The translations under genes and the position numbers were made by a program. Shown here piece by piece: positions 50,254 through 60,800 of a stretch of DNA of 64,000 bases. Source of the stretch: Candidatus Melainabacteria bacterium 17Bon1m (GTDB lineage: Bacteria > Cyanobacteriota > Vampirovibrionia > Obscuribacterales > Obscuribacteraceae); contig JAVLKG010000002.1 in NCBI GenBank assembly GCA_032128875.1, forward strand, positions 384,001 to 448,000. Reading direction: 5' to 3'. The notes under the pieces are model-generated. The model saw only the letters and a list, made by a program, of their open reading frames with translations, was not told the DNA's origin and made no database searches. Positions within the stretch are counted from its first letter, which is position 1. Each line of letters opens with the position of its first letter.

Positions 50254-51315
50254 TTGGCTTCTACCAAGCGCATAATGTCCGGCATGCGTCCTACTGGGCG
50301 CTTGCACCTCGGACACTACTTTGGGGCGCTACTTAACTGGGTCGATTTTCAGAGTCGCTACGAGTCGTACTATTCAATCGTCGACTGGCATGCTCTAACT
50401 ACCAAGTATCAAGACAGCGCCTCCGTTCCTGCCAATGTCTTCGAGATTACTCTCGATTGGCTGGCTGTCGGCATCGATCCTGAGCAAGCGACGATTTACG
50501 TGCAATCTGCCATCCCGGAGATTGCTGAAATTCATTTATTGCTTTCAATGATCACCCCCCACAATTGGGTGGAGCGGGAGCCGACCTTGAAAGACATGGT
50601 TCGGATGCTGGCTCAAGACGAATCGGAAGCGCGAGAAAAGGCCACTTACGGCTTGCTCGGATATCCGGTTTTGATGTCTGCAGACATTTTGACATTTAAG
50701 GGAGAACTAGTCCCTGTCGGCAAAGATCAAGAGTCGCATTTGGAGTTTGCGCGCGACGTTGCTCGTCGATTCAATAACACTTACGGCGCTGACTTCTTCC
50801 CAGAGCCGAAGCCTGAGTTCACTGTAACGCCACTGCTTAAGGGCATGGACGGTATGAAAATGGGCAAGTCTTATGGCAATGACATCAAAATTGCTGATAC
50901 CGCCGATGAAACCATAAAAAGAGTAAGAACTATGGTGACGGATCGCACGCGTATCGCCAAAGCCGACCCCGGACATACTGATTTGTGCGAAGTTCCTTGG
51001 CCCTGGTACAAGGCACTTGCGAATGAAGAGCTCCGCGCCACCGTCAAAGACGAGTGCGAGAATGCAAAAATAGGTTGTGTAGATTGCAAGAAGCGCCTCG
51101 GTGGGCTGATTAACGATCGCTTTGCAGAGTTCCGAGAAAAACGCGCGAACCTTGCAAATGATCCCGAAAGAGTCTTTAAAATTATCGATTTCGGTAATAC
51201 AAAGGCGAGAAAAGTGGCATCTGAAACGCTTTCTCAAATGCGCGAAGTAATGGGAATGATCGATTGGAATGACAGCCAGAAGACTTGGTCCAAACTGATG
51301 AAGACTAAGGTCTAA
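50254..51315 (+). CDS. trpS: tryptophan--tRNA ligase
   Basis: SGMRPTGRLHLGH, YPVLMSADIL, VPVGKDQ, KMGKS. Confidence 0.96.
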   Translation: MASTKRIMSGMRPTGRLHLGHYFGALLNWVDFQSRYESYYSIVDWHALTTKYQDSASVPANVFEITLDWLAVGIDPEQATIYVQSAIPEIAEIHLLLSMITPHNWVEREPTLKDMVRMLAQDESEAREKATYGLLGYPVLMSADILTFKGELVPVGKDQESHLEFARDVARRFNNTYGADFFPEPKPEFTVTPLLKGMDGMKMGKSYGNDIKIADTADETIKRVRTMVTDRTRIAKADPGHTDLCEVPWPWYKALANEELRATVKDECENAKIGCVDCKKRLGGLINDRFAEFREKRANLANDPERVFKIIDFGNTKARKVASETLSQMREVMGMIDWNDSQKTWSKLMKTKV

Positions 51316-51362
51316 ATTTTGCCTCGAGGGCAATCTCTTGTATGACTCACTGGATTCAATAA

Positions 51363-52871
51363 TTGATGAGTCTATTGAAAGACAGGATGCCAGTGTTCGG
51401 AGGTTCGACAAATAACTTGTCGCAAACACCGACGGTATGGAAAGAACGATTGGATACGCTCTCGCTTTTGCAGGGGCTTTGGCTGGTTTTCGTTTCGGTC
51501 TGGATACCGATTTCCATCAGCGCTGTTTGGATTGGCATAATTGTCGGTGCAGTTTTTTGGACTGCGACAAGCGCGATTGCATTGAAGATTGTTCTTGACG
51601 ATATGCCTAAAGATGGCAGTGTCAAGCCATTTTCTTATGTCGGGAAAAAACTCATGGCAATTATCGGCCTGGATGATTTGCCTTTCTTTGTTTCGATGGG
51701 CCTCTTCACTTTAGTGATTGTCTTTGCTGCATTTTGTGTGCCACTACTTGATGGAAAAACTTTCGGTGATGGGATGCGCGTTGCCACTCGAACTCTTGTT
51801 TCTCTAAAAGCCCTAATCATTTATCCGTGGGTATATCAGGTTCTTCGTCGTTGTCCTTCCGTAAAAGCCGCTGCCGTCTCAGCGCTATTACTCGTCAGCT
51901 CATTGTCTTGCTTGTATGCTCCCGTCGAGCCATATGTGAAATCGTTTCTTCGCAATATCACGGACAATCCACCGAGCGACCCATTCCTTCTGTTTCTCCA
52001 CCATATGACGGATGGTTTCGTCAGATGGGTGACAGGATCTCGCGTCGATTTTTTGCAAGGCACCGGTTTTCTCGAGCAACCGATGGCATTTGCAGGACAA
52101 ATGCAAACCGTGATGATGATGGCTCTGGCTCTCCTTCTTTGTAATGGCTACAAGAGTTTGCCTGGCATCTTCGGCAAGAAGTCTACAGCTATTGCAATCA
52201 CCATTTGTATTGCTGTGGGAATCATTTTCGGCGCCGAACGCAGCGCCTGGCTCGGTGTTTTTATTGGTGTAATCGTGGTTTGTGCAAGCGTTTCCAGAAA
52301 AACTGTGATTGCTTCTCTCATAAGCTTGTTCGTTATCGGCGGATTGTCTTATCTCGCCGTACCGATCGTAAAGAATCGAGTCGACGTCCTTCTCAATGGA
52401 AAAGATCCAAGCGTAGCTGCTCGTTTCGCTATCTGGGATTCCACTATTGATAGGTTCAAGCAAAAACCGATATTCGGCAGTTCACTGATTCGCTTCGGCG
52501 TCATTCACGCAAAAGGTGCAATGCCCGACAAAGGATACTTTGATCATGCTCACAGCAATTACCTGCACATGCTGGCCGCCACAGGGGTAGTGGGATTTGC
52601 GGCGTACATGTATTTGCTCTTTTCGATTTTTTCCACAACCGCAAAATTGTCCAGGGCGAAAACAACTGATGGCCTTTGCCAGGCAGATGTAGAAAAATTG
52701 AAATTCGAGCGCTCGATTGCCATAGGCTTGCTGGCTGCAAGCGCCTCTCTTGCCGTGTCTGGACTGTTCGAATTCAATTTCGGTACAGGACACGTGCGAC
52801 TGACTTACTTCTACTGGCTGGCTTTTCTCAGCCTGAGCAACTGCAGAGCAATGTCAGAAGAAAGAATTTAA
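51363..52871 (+). CDS. O-antigen ligase (Wzy_C) family membrane protein
   Basis: Multi-TM; RSAWLG, R..IW, HAHSNYL...A.TG.VG. Confidence 0.85.
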   Translation: MMSLLKDRMPVFGGSTNNLSQTPTVWKERLDTLSLLQGLWLVFVSVWIPISISAVWIGIIVGAVFWTATSAIALKIVLDDMPKDGSVKPFSYVGKKLMAIIGLDDLPFFVSMGLFTLVIVFAAFCVPLLDGKTFGDGMRVATRTLVSLKALIIYPWVYQVLRRCPSVKAAAVSALLLVSSLSCLYAPVEPYVKSFLRNITDNPPSDPFLLFLHHMTDGFVRWVTGSRVDFLQGTGFLEQPMAFAGQMQTVMMMALALLLCNGYKSLPGIFGKKSTAIAITICIAVGIIFGAERSAWLGVFIGVIVVCASVSRKTVIASLISLFVIGGLSYLAVPIVKNRVDVLLNGKDPSVAARFAIWDSTIDRFKQKPIFGSSLIRFGVIHAKGAMPDKGYFDHAHSNYLHMLAATGVVGFAAYMYLLFSIFSTTAKLSRAKTTDGLCQADVEKLKFERSIAIGLLAASASLAVSGLFEFNFGTGHVRLTYFYWLAFLSLSNCRAMSEERI

Positions 52872-52892
52872 TTGCTAGTCCTGTGGCAATTT

Positions 52893-53159
52893 TTAGTCTA
52901 TACGCAACCACGAAAAGCTCGGTGCGCCAACCATATAAGAACCATCTTGCATGGAAACCATGGTGAAGCCCGGATTGCGCTTTACTTTGATGCCGGAAGC
53001 ATATTCGACAAACACGATCTCACCTTCAGCGTCAGTATTGATTGTTGTTCCGTCGGGCATTGATTGCTCTTTGGCTATGCCGCTGTCCGGGCGCAATTGC
53101 TTGTACTTGGGAGCAGCGAATGTATTTAGAGAGGCGACAGAATTTATCATGCGCAACAC
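52893..53159 (-). CDS. small hypothetical protein
   Basis: 88-aa ORF in the gap, AGGA RBS upstream, beta-hairpin-like PDG/QDG turns. Confidence 0.5.
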   Translation of the reverse strand: MLRMINSVASLNTFAAPKYKQLRPDSGIAKEQSMPDGTTINTDAEGEIVFVEYASGIKVKRNPGFTMVSMQDGSYMVGAPSFSWLRID

Positions 53160-53371
53160 CGAATCCTATGTGCCAAAGGAGAGGAGCGAATAAGTTGTGA
53201 ATGGCGTTTGGGTACTTTCAGATTAGGGACAATTTGTGACAGTACTATTACAAAATCGCCTTCAAAATAAATTTTGTCGATTTTCTTTCAAAAAGTTTTG
53301 AAATCCAGCCCGAAAAGTCGGAAATTGTCGAATCTCGTCGACTGGCTCGTTTCTTCAGGTTTTCCGATTGC

Positions 53372-54781
53372 CTATACAGTGGTTTGCAGCCAGGCTCTGG
53401 ACTGATATCGCCAGGCAGTCAGTATTCCCATGACGGCAACAGAGAGGGTCATAGACAGCCAGGCGCCATCCGGGCCCATATTCATATTGATGGCGAAGAA
53501 GTAAGCCACAGGCAAGCGTATCGCCCAGTTCGCAATATAGGAAATGATCATCGGGGTTTTGGTGTCGCCCGCACCTTGAAGTGCAGAACTGAGCACCATC
53601 GCCAGAGCAAGAAAGGGTCCGCCATAAGCGTTGTACCGAATGTACGAAGCAGTGATTGCAGCAGTGGCGCGATCTCGAGTCATGATGGCGGATAAGTGTT
53701 CCGAAAAAATGACCAGGAGCGCGCAACTGGTCAGCATCATGCCCAAGCCGATATAAGTGACGTGCCAACCCGCTCTAAAAGCGCGTTCTTCTTGTTTTGC
53801 TCCCAGGTTTTGTCCCACTATCGATGCCACCGCCAAACTGAGCGCCATAAGAGGCATGAAGACCAGCCCTTCAACTCTAATTCCGATCGTCCAGGCCGCC
53901 AGTGCTTCTGTCGGTTTTTCCAGACATCTCAATATAAAGAAGATAACGAATGTCGATAATCCCCATCCCAATCGCTGTAACGCGGCTGGTATGCCGATTT
54001 TTACGATGCGTTGGAGAACAGAAGGAATAAAAGGAAACATGTAGGACGTGCATCCTTTTAAAGGCGAACGCAGAAGAAAGCTGATGGCCACACACGCTCC
54101 GACGCTAGTGCCGATCACGCCCGACCAAGCGACGCCCGCGACTCCCAGACCGGCAACCGGCCAGCTGTGCAAGACGGTCAGGTAATCACCGGCAATATTC
54201 ACTGCCGTTGAGACCAGCATTATGATGAGCGTCGTGCGCGAATCACCTATGGCACGGAAAGCCGAATTGATGATGTTGAGCAAACTGAATGGAATCAAGT
54301 AGAGACAATATATAGATAGATATTGAGCGCCGATGTCCGCGACTTCAGGAGAGCGGCTGAATAATCCGACAATCTTGTGGGCGCCGAGTTTAGCCATGAT
54401 AAGGAGCGCTAGCCCGGTGAGAATAGCGAACACTAAAGACTGACCGGTCGCTCTGGCTGCCTCTTCTTGATCTTTGGCTCCGGTGGCGCGCGAAACCAGC
54501 GCCTGCGTGCCAACTCCTGTGGACATGATGAAAATCATGAGAATGAAGAGCACTTGCTCTGAGACGCCGACTGCCGCCTGAGCCGAGCTTCCCAGGTATC
54601 CTGCCACGTGCATATCGGCAAGACCGACAAGGGAACTGGAAATTGTGGTTACCATCAATGGCCAGGACATCGACCAGATTGCCTTCATAAGGCTTCCAGT
54701 CGCCAAATTCGCCGTCAGAGTGGTCTTTTCTTCAGGCTTGCTTTCCTTTTCCTTCCGCTCCGCATCGTCTAAAGCGGTCAT
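53372..54781 (-). CDS. MATE family efflux transporter, paralog of 719..2107
   Basis: AIWSMSWPL, FRAIGD, IVGQNLGAKQ, LQGAGDT. Confidence 0.92.
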   Translation of the reverse strand: MTALDDAERKEKESKPEEKTTLTANLATGSLMKAIWSMSWPLMVTTISSSLVGLADMHVAGYLGSSAQAAVGVSEQVLFILMIFIMSTGVGTQALVSRATGAKDQEEAARATGQSLVFAILTGLALLIMAKLGAHKIVGLFSRSPEVADIGAQYLSIYCLYLIPFSLLNIINSAFRAIGDSRTTLIIMLVSTAVNIAGDYLTVLHSWPVAGLGVAGVAWSGVIGTSVGACVAISFLLRSPLKGCTSYMFPFIPSVLQRIVKIGIPAALQRLGWGLSTFVIFFILRCLEKPTEALAAWTIGIRVEGLVFMPLMALSLAVASIVGQNLGAKQEERAFRAGWHVTYIGLGMMLTSCALLVIFSEHLSAIMTRDRATAAITASYIRYNAYGGPFLALAMVLSSALQGAGDTKTPMIISYIANWAIRLPVAYFFAINMNMGPDGAWLSMTLSVAVMGILTAWRYQSRAWLQTTV

Positions 54782-54866
54782 TTGGGGGTTTCCTCGACGC
54801 CAAATTGGTTACCTGCTATATTCTTCCAGATTCAAGACCCGGCAAGTGGCTGAGGAGATAAGGCTT

Positions 54867-55478
54867 ATGAAACTGCGCAGCAGCGTTTACGGTTGGAAAT
54901 CCGTTTGGATGGAGTTTGCCGACGAGCATCAAGGCTCATTTGACGACGGTCAAAAGGTTTTCGTAATGCGTGTTCCGGTGCCGGGCAAGCCATGGAATAT
55001 CACCTTTCACATGCATGAAAAGGGTGTCGGTGGTGCTGTAAGCGACAACAGTTCTGCTTTTCTTCCGTTTAAAGCGAAAGGAGCATTCAGCTTCGATCTT
55101 CATAATCGTAGTCTGGTTGGTGATGCGAGCAAAGTATTCGGCGCTCAGGACATCGAAATCGGCGAAGATGAATTTGATCGCGAATACATAATAAAAGGAT
55201 CTGACGAAAATCTCGTCAAACGAATTTTCGCCAGTGCGCGCATTCAAGAGCTTATTAAGTTGCAGCCGCACATCAAACTATTTATTCAGGATGAGCCGAA
55301 AGAATTGGCTGAACATGGCAGTGTGCCTCCTGGCATCCATGTGCTCGCATTCAAAGACAAAGCGGCAATCAATAGCTATGAGCGCTTGTCGCTGGTATAC
55401 GACTTGATGTTGGCTGTGTTGGAAGAAATGCTTGCCTGTGACGTTGCATCGCCGCAGGATCCCAGCTTTGACATCTAG
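54867..55478 (+). CDS. hypothetical protein (possibly DUF3137-like)
   Basis: RBS gaggag before ATG 54867; FGAQDIEIG..EFD..YIIKG motif. Confidence 0.65.
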   Translation: MKLRSSVYGWKSVWMEFADEHQGSFDDGQKVFVMRVPVPGKPWNITFHMHEKGVGGAVSDNSSAFLPFKAKGAFSFDLHNRSLVGDASKVFGAQDIEIGEDEFDREYIIKGSDENLVKRIFASARIQELIKLQPHIKLFIQDEPKELAEHGSVPPGIHVLAFKDKAAINSYERLSLVYDLMLAVLEEMLACDVASPQDPSFDI

Positions 55479-55792
55479 GCTTTTTGCTTAAAGTCTACTT
55501 TGTATATTCTTCAGGCATCACCTGGAAAGGTGATGTCGCCTTGATTTCACGTGAAATATGATCATTTTCACGGGTTATTTCACAAGATTCTCACAACCAC
55601 TGGGAAGAATAAAAGCAGAGCGATATTCGCTCAAAGGATCTGGAGGCCTACCCAGAACCGGCAAATTTTGCACCACTGCGTTTATGAGGGTGAACCTTAC
55701 TAAATTCAGTACTATTTCAGTCCTAAATCAGGGTTCTAGACTAGTGGTCAAAATCGGATGCTGGGGGAAACATCGAAAGGGAGCTTTGACTT

Positions 55793-56140
55793 ATGACCGA
55801 AATTGATGACAATGACACATCCGACTCGGTCCGTCTTGCCGAGCTTTTGACAGAAGCTGGCTATATAAGCCAGAAAGATATCGATGAGGCGATGCAGATC
55901 GGGAAAGAAACCGGCATGCGTGTTGGGCGCGTGCTCATAGTGTCCGGCTGGCTATCAGAAAACCAATTGGTGGCCGCAGTGAAGGCGCAAACTCTTGTGA
56001 ATAACGGCAAAATCAGCCGTGGCGCGGCGGTTAGGGCCTTGAAAATTGCAGACGAGAAAGAGCTCTCTTTCGACAGTGCTCTTCAGAAAATGACCGCAAC
56101 CAGACTGCAGGCCCTGGTTAAGGTAGATACCCGTTCTTGA
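55793..56140 (+). CDS. stand-alone MshEN-like (putative c-di-GMP-binding) protein
   Basis: RLAELLTEAGYIS..DIDEAM and RVGRVLIVSGWLSENQL..A..AQ tandem motifs. Confidence 0.7.
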   Translation: MTEIDDNDTSDSVRLAELLTEAGYISQKDIDEAMQIGKETGMRVGRVLIVSGWLSENQLVAAVKAQTLVNNGKISRGAAVRALKIADEKELSFDSALQKMTATRLQALVKVDTRS

Positions 56141-56167
56141 GCGGGATTTAGAACGATTTTCGGCGAT

Positions 56168-56208
56168 CAAAAGCGCTTCGTGAGGCTAAATTTCACGAAG
56201 CGTTTTTT
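56168..56208. terminator. bidirectional terminator
   Basis: aaaagcgcttcgtga...tcacgaagcgtttttt between convergent genes. Confidence 0.75.
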
Positions 56209-56274
56209 CTTTTTGCATGTATAAAAACCGGCACCATATACGGTGACTATAACTTTCCGCGTCAATGAATTGGC

Positions 56275-56916
56275 CTAACGAAGCTCTGGATCTGTAATGC
56301 TCATCGACTCTTTGCTGAGCGGCTTGCGTGCACCGGTATGTACAGCACGCTCGGTGCCTTTCACGACCCCGCTCACCATGCCTGTTGCTACTCCGTATGG
56401 AACAGAAAGTGCGGCACCGAACAAGCGTGCGGTCAGGTCAGGTCTTCTTCCGTCCCAGGTCAAATCCTGCGAGACCTGAGCATTCATGCGCTTTGTCTCA
56501 CTGGCCATTGTTTTGGCGGCTCTATAAGGAACGCCGACCATAATCCCGCACATGACGCCTGCAGCTTTTTTGGGGGCTGATATGGCGTTCGAAAGACCTC
56601 CTGCGCTCTTGGGATTTTCGTCCGGAACGTCCCTGGCACTATCAGAATCTTTGGACGCAATTTGTTTTTTCTCTTGCGATCCTCTTCTGAAAAGCGAGAG
56701 CTTGCCGGTTTTCTTGGGCAACACTTCTTCGTTGTCTTGGATTTCCATCCTTATGGGGCGCGGCGGCTCCGCTTGTACTTTGGGTTTTGCGCTCGCCGGT
56801 TCTTCGTCGAATAAGACATCATCTAGCGCTGTGGCCGGTCCTGCTGCGAAGAGCGATACTAGCGCCGCCAGAATGAGCGACTGATTCGTCAGGCAAGTGG
56901 CTGGTCTAATGCGCAT
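56275..56916 (-). CDS. secreted or membrane hypothetical protein
   Basis: Signal-like LILAALVSLFAAGPATA; Gly-rich hydrophobic C-terminal segments. Confidence 0.65.
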   Translation of the reverse strand: MRIRPATCLTNQSLILAALVSLFAAGPATALDDVLFDEEPASAKPKVQAEPPRPIRMEIQDNEEVLPKKTGKLSLFRRGSQEKKQIASKDSDSARDVPDENPKSAGGLSNAISAPKKAAGVMCGIMVGVPYRAAKTMASETKRMNAQVSQDLTWDGRRPDLTARLFGAALSVPYGVATGMVSGVVKGTERAVHTGARKPLSKESMSITDPELR

Positions 56917-57032
56917 GATTTTCCAAAGGGGCGTATGAAAGCGAAGGCTATTCGGCAAATTATAGCCGCTTCCTTGCAACCGCTATTGTAATAGCTTTTA
57001 ACTAATCAACCGGGCAGTGATTCCCGGGCTTG

Positions 57033-58673
57033 TCAGGAGATTGAAGCTTTGACTTTCTTTCCGAAGTGGTCGGTCAGTCTTCTCAGTGTTGGAGAAATGT
57101 CGTCTTCGGAGATTCTCGCGTCAATTAGATATAGAGAATCGCTGTTGTTCGCATCTTTCAATGCTTGTTTGAACTCTTCGGGTGTTTGCGCTGTCACGCC
57201 TTTACCGCCAAGTGCTTTGGCTAAAAGAGCGTAATCCCATCTCTGCAAATCATAGTAGTCGCGCTTTTGATCGATGAATCGAAGCATTGCGTAGCTGGCA
57301 TTATTGAAGAGGATAACAATCGGATTGATTCCAAGTTTGATGGCAGTGCTGATTTCCATACCGGTCATTTGGAAACCACCATCACCGACGAGGATGATGG
57401 AGCGGCGCTTAGGATTGGCAATCTGTGCCCCAATGCCGGCTGGAACACCGAAGCCCATGCTGGAATAGTATCCAGGGGCAATGAAGATGTCTGTCTTCAA
57501 GCTCATGCCCGCATACAAGCAGTCTCCAACGTCAGAAACCACGGCAAACTTCTCGCTCATCATGTCGTTTAGCTGATTGATCATGTGAGCAACCGTGAGA
57601 TTTTTGTCTCCGTTTTTCGGCTCGATCAATTCCGGCTCAATGGAAGGCAGGCTGAATCTGAGAGTCGGCTTCACTTTGGATGTCGTAAGGTCGATCAATT
57701 GATCGATGAGCGATCTGAGATTGACGCCGTTATAAGTGTGATGTCCTGCTGTTACTTCATGTGCTGTGCACTGGATGAGAGCCTTGGCAGGCAGTTTTGC
57801 TGTGTATCCGGCAGTTTCCATTTCCGTAAGGACTGTCCCCAGCGAAAGAATCAAGTCGGCTGACTCCACGTATTCTTTTACTTTGGGATTGCCGAATTGT
57901 CCGAAATAGTTTCCGGCAAAGCACGGGTGAGACTCTGGGAATGAGGCTTTTCCAAGTATTGATGTAACAACTGGAATGTTCAGAGCCTCGGCAAGTGCCA
58001 CCACTTTGTCTTTCAGGTTGAAGCGTCTGACTTCGACACCAACAAAAAGAACCGGTTGCTGTGCCTCTTTTAGACGGTCGATGATTTCGTGAACTGCTTC
58101 TTCGAGCGCAGCAGAAGGCGCTTCCATTGCACTCGGTGCGCTTTCTTGAATGTCCAGCTCGTAATTGACCATGTCCCGTGGAATTTCGATGTATCCGGGG
58201 CGGGAGTATTTTGTGGTGGTTTCAAAAACCCTATCGATTTCGTCTTGGGCTGTAGCCGGGTTGGCAAGCAGAGCCTGTGATTCAGTCACTTCTTTGAAGA
58301 CATTGAACTGGGTGTCGAAGTTCTTGACGCAGTGGTGGAGCTGCGGCTTTTGGCTTCTGTAGCGGGTTTCGGGGCTGCCTGAAATAATGAGCAGCGGTGA
58401 TTCTTCGGCGTAAGCGAGACCGACAGAGTTGATCATATTTAAGCCGCCGGCACCGTAGGTAACAAGACCTACGCCCAGACCTTTCAAGCGAGCATAGGCA
58501 TCTGCTGCATAGCCAACCGAAGGCTCGTGCGTCATGACCACTGTTTTTAGCTTGGTCTTTTCCTGGGCTGCATAAAGCGGCAGAATGAAATCACCTGGAA
58601 TGCCAAACGTCGTGTCGACGCCAGAATCCTTGATGCGGTCGAAAAGATACTCTGCCAGTTTGCGTTTTGTCAT
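57033..58673 (-). CDS. TPP-dependent alpha-keto acid decarboxylase (PDC/IPDC family)
   Basis: FGIPGDF, HEPSVGYAADAYAR, LHH, GDGGFQMTG...NN TPP motif. Confidence 0.92.
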   Translation of the reverse strand: MTKRKLAEYLFDRIKDSGVDTTFGIPGDFILPLYAAQEKTKLKTVVMTHEPSVGYAADAYARLKGLGVGLVTYGAGGLNMINSVGLAYAEESPLLIISGSPETRYRSQKPQLHHCVKNFDTQFNVFKEVTESQALLANPATAQDEIDRVFETTTKYSRPGYIEIPRDMVNYELDIQESAPSAMEAPSAALEEAVHEIIDRLKEAQQPVLFVGVEVRRFNLKDKVVALAEALNIPVVTSILGKASFPESHPCFAGNYFGQFGNPKVKEYVESADLILSLGTVLTEMETAGYTAKLPAKALIQCTAHEVTAGHHTYNGVNLRSLIDQLIDLTTSKVKPTLRFSLPSIEPELIEPKNGDKNLTVAHMINQLNDMMSEKFAVVSDVGDCLYAGMSLKTDIFIAPGYYSSMGFGVPAGIGAQIANPKRRSIILVGDGGFQMTGMEISTAIKLGINPIVILFNNASYAMLRFIDQKRDYYDLQRWDYALLAKALGGKGVTAQTPEEFKQALKDANNSDSLYLIDARISEDDISPTLRRLTDHFGKKVKASIS

Positions 58674-58858
58674 GACATCCACCGTGGCTGCTTTCGAAAG
58701 CGTGATGCTTTCATGCGGCAGCAAATCTAGTAACAGGCGGAATTGTAGCGCGATGAGACTGCAGAAGCCTGCTTTCAATCATTTCTTCTTCATTTCCTAT
58801 TTGTAATTTGAATGACTGCGATTTGGGATAATCAGGAAGTACTAAATTTGGATACGCG

Positions 58859-59332
58859 ATGAAACCGGCACCGAAAACTCAGTTTGTCTTTGAAGAAAAG
58901 GAAGTCTTCAAAAGGCATTGGTTCAAGCACTTTTCTCGCATTTGCATTTCGCTCATCATCGTGGCGTTGAACGTATGCATGGTGATGAGCAGCGTCGATC
59001 GCATGCTGCATGGCGGAAGCATGCCCATCCATATGGAGTTGCTTAGTTTCTTGTTTTTGGCATTCATCGACATAACCATGTTCGTTCCGATGGTTTTAGA
59101 AGCCAATGAAGTGATCGCCACTCCCAGCCATCTGACACTAAAACTTCTCTATTTCAAGAAAACGCTGGCATGGAGCCAGATCAGCGAGTTCAAAACGTGG
59201 AATTTCCTGGTTTATGCAGGCGTAAAGTCCGGCAGATGTTTTTATTTGATTAACAGGCGAGAGATAAAAGGTTTTGACAAACTGGCGAAGATCATTGCGG
59301 AGCGCGTTCCTTTGATAGAAAAGAAGGAGTAA
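58859..59332 (+). CDS. membrane protein with two TM helices and a PH-like C-terminal domain
   Basis: Two hydrophobic helices followed by KTLAWSQISEF-type motif. Confidence 0.6.
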   Translation: MKPAPKTQFVFEEKEVFKRHWFKHFSRICISLIIVALNVCMVMSSVDRMLHGGSMPIHMELLSFLFLAFIDITMFVPMVLEANEVIATPSHLTLKLLYFKKTLAWSQISEFKTWNFLVYAGVKSGRCFYLINRREIKGFDKLAKIIAERVPLIEKKE

Positions 59333-59393
59333 AACGCTCCTTATATACTGTACGCTGGCCTCTAGGCAGTCTCACCAGCGATTGGAAACGGTA

Positions 59394-59816
59394 ATGGCAC
59401 AGAAGAAGATACGCGTTTTAATTGGCAAACCCGGCTTAGATGGGCACGATCGTGGTGCGAAAGTAGTCGCCCGGGCTCTTAGAGATGCCGGGATGGAAGT
59501 CGTCTACACCGGTTTGCATCGCTCGCCTGAAGAGATTGTCGAAACGGCGATTCAGGAAGACGTTGATGCTATCGGGCTGAGCGTACTCTCCGGAGCGCAC
59601 ATGACGCTATTGCCTCGTGTAGTTGAACTGCTCAAGCAGCAGAAAGTCGATGACATTCTAGTTTTCGGCGGTGGAGTTATACCGGAGGAGGATAGGCAAC
59701 TGCTTCTTTCTCAAGGCATTAAAGAGGTATTCGTGCCCGGTAACGCTACCCAGCGAACTATTGAGTTTTTAAAAGAGCATTTTGCTGAGCGCAACGGCGC
59801 TCACAAGGTTTCTTAA
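59394..59816 (+). CDS. cobalamin-binding small subunit of a methylmalonyl-CoA mutase family enzyme
   Basis: KPGLDGHDRGAK, SVLSGAH, GGVIP. Confidence 0.93.
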   Translation: MAQKKIRVLIGKPGLDGHDRGAKVVARALRDAGMEVVYTGLHRSPEEIVETAIQEDVDAIGLSVLSGAHMTLLPRVVELLKQQKVDDILVFGGGVIPEEDRQLLLSQGIKEVFVPGNATQRTIEFLKEHFAERNGAHKVS

Positions 59817-59991
59817 ATAAATCCTAATTACATCCTGTCTATTATCTTGCTCCACCCGGGTATACCTACTTAGGAGCAGACATGCTTCATTAATTATTCG
59901 GTTTTTTGATAAAAATTGCTGAATTATCTCTTGAAGACCGTGTTATACTCCTACAACGTGAGCACTCCCTATATTTGGAGAGTTCGATTAG

Positions 59992-60222
59992 ATGAGACCA
60001 GACGAGAGCAGCAAATTCAACGAAGAAAAGCGCGTTGATTTCGACAATGCAACCACCAGCTGGGAGTCCAGACTGTTGTTTGCAGCGAGATTAATGTTCA
60101 AGCCTACTTCTGAAGCTGAATTGAGAGCAGATTGCGCCAGTGCGCAACGCAACGATTTTGTTGTGTTGAATGCCACACGCGGTTTGACTCGCGACCAAGC
60201 AATGGAAGACGCGTACGCTTAA
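59992..60222 (+). CDS. small hypothetical protein (76 aa)
   Basis: Extended -10 TGtTATACT at 59941-59949, ggag RBS, downstream hairpin at 60251-60266. Confidence 0.5.
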   Translation: MRPDESSKFNEEKRVDFDNATTSWESRLLFAARLMFKPTSEAELRADCASAQRNDFVVLNATRGLTRDQAMEDAYA

Positions 60223-60359
60223 TTAGTCGAATTTGAACATATTGTCAAAAGGGTTCGAAAGAGCCCATTTTGTGTTGCGTGGATTCTTTTTAGAAACGCT
60301 TTTACCTACTGGTACAATGAAAGGCAGTTGGTTGCTGGGTTCTTACTAGTAGGGATTGA

Positions 60360-60800
60360 ATGTCCCAGAAGACAGTCAATTATAGGAAGGGCGACGTCGT
60401 CCTGGTGTCGTTTCCGTACACCACGGATGAGGGTACGACTCAGACTAAGCGCCGTCCGGCGGTCTTAATCTCCAACGACTACAACAATTCAAGACTTGAT
60501 GATGTGCTTCTGGTTCCATTGACCAGCAACACCACCAGAGCTGCTCGCGAGCCTACCCAAGTCGTAGTAATGATGAACACTCCGGAAGGACAAGCCGGAG
60601 GGCTTCGACTGGACAGTGTTATCGACTGCACAGTTATAGCTACCATTCCAAAGACATTGCTGGTAAACAAGATTGGCGCTTTTCCTCAGGAAACCATGGA
60701 AAGAGTCGACCAATGCTTGATGATTGCAATGGCAATCGGTCGCCCAATCTACAAGGAAAAGCCAGGCGGTCCGGACGAAGACATTCCGGAAAGCGCCTAG
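60360..60800 (+). CDS. PemK/MazF family endoribonuclease
   Basis: KGDVVLVSFP...K.RPAVLIS..YN......VPLTS. Confidence 0.9.
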   Translation: MSQKTVNYRKGDVVLVSFPYTTDEGTTQTKRRPAVLISNDYNNSRLDDVLLVPLTSNTTRAAREPTQVVVMMNTPEGQAGGLRLDSVIDCTVIATIPKTLLVNKIGAFPQETMERVDQCLMIAMAIGRPIYKEKPGGPDEDIPESA

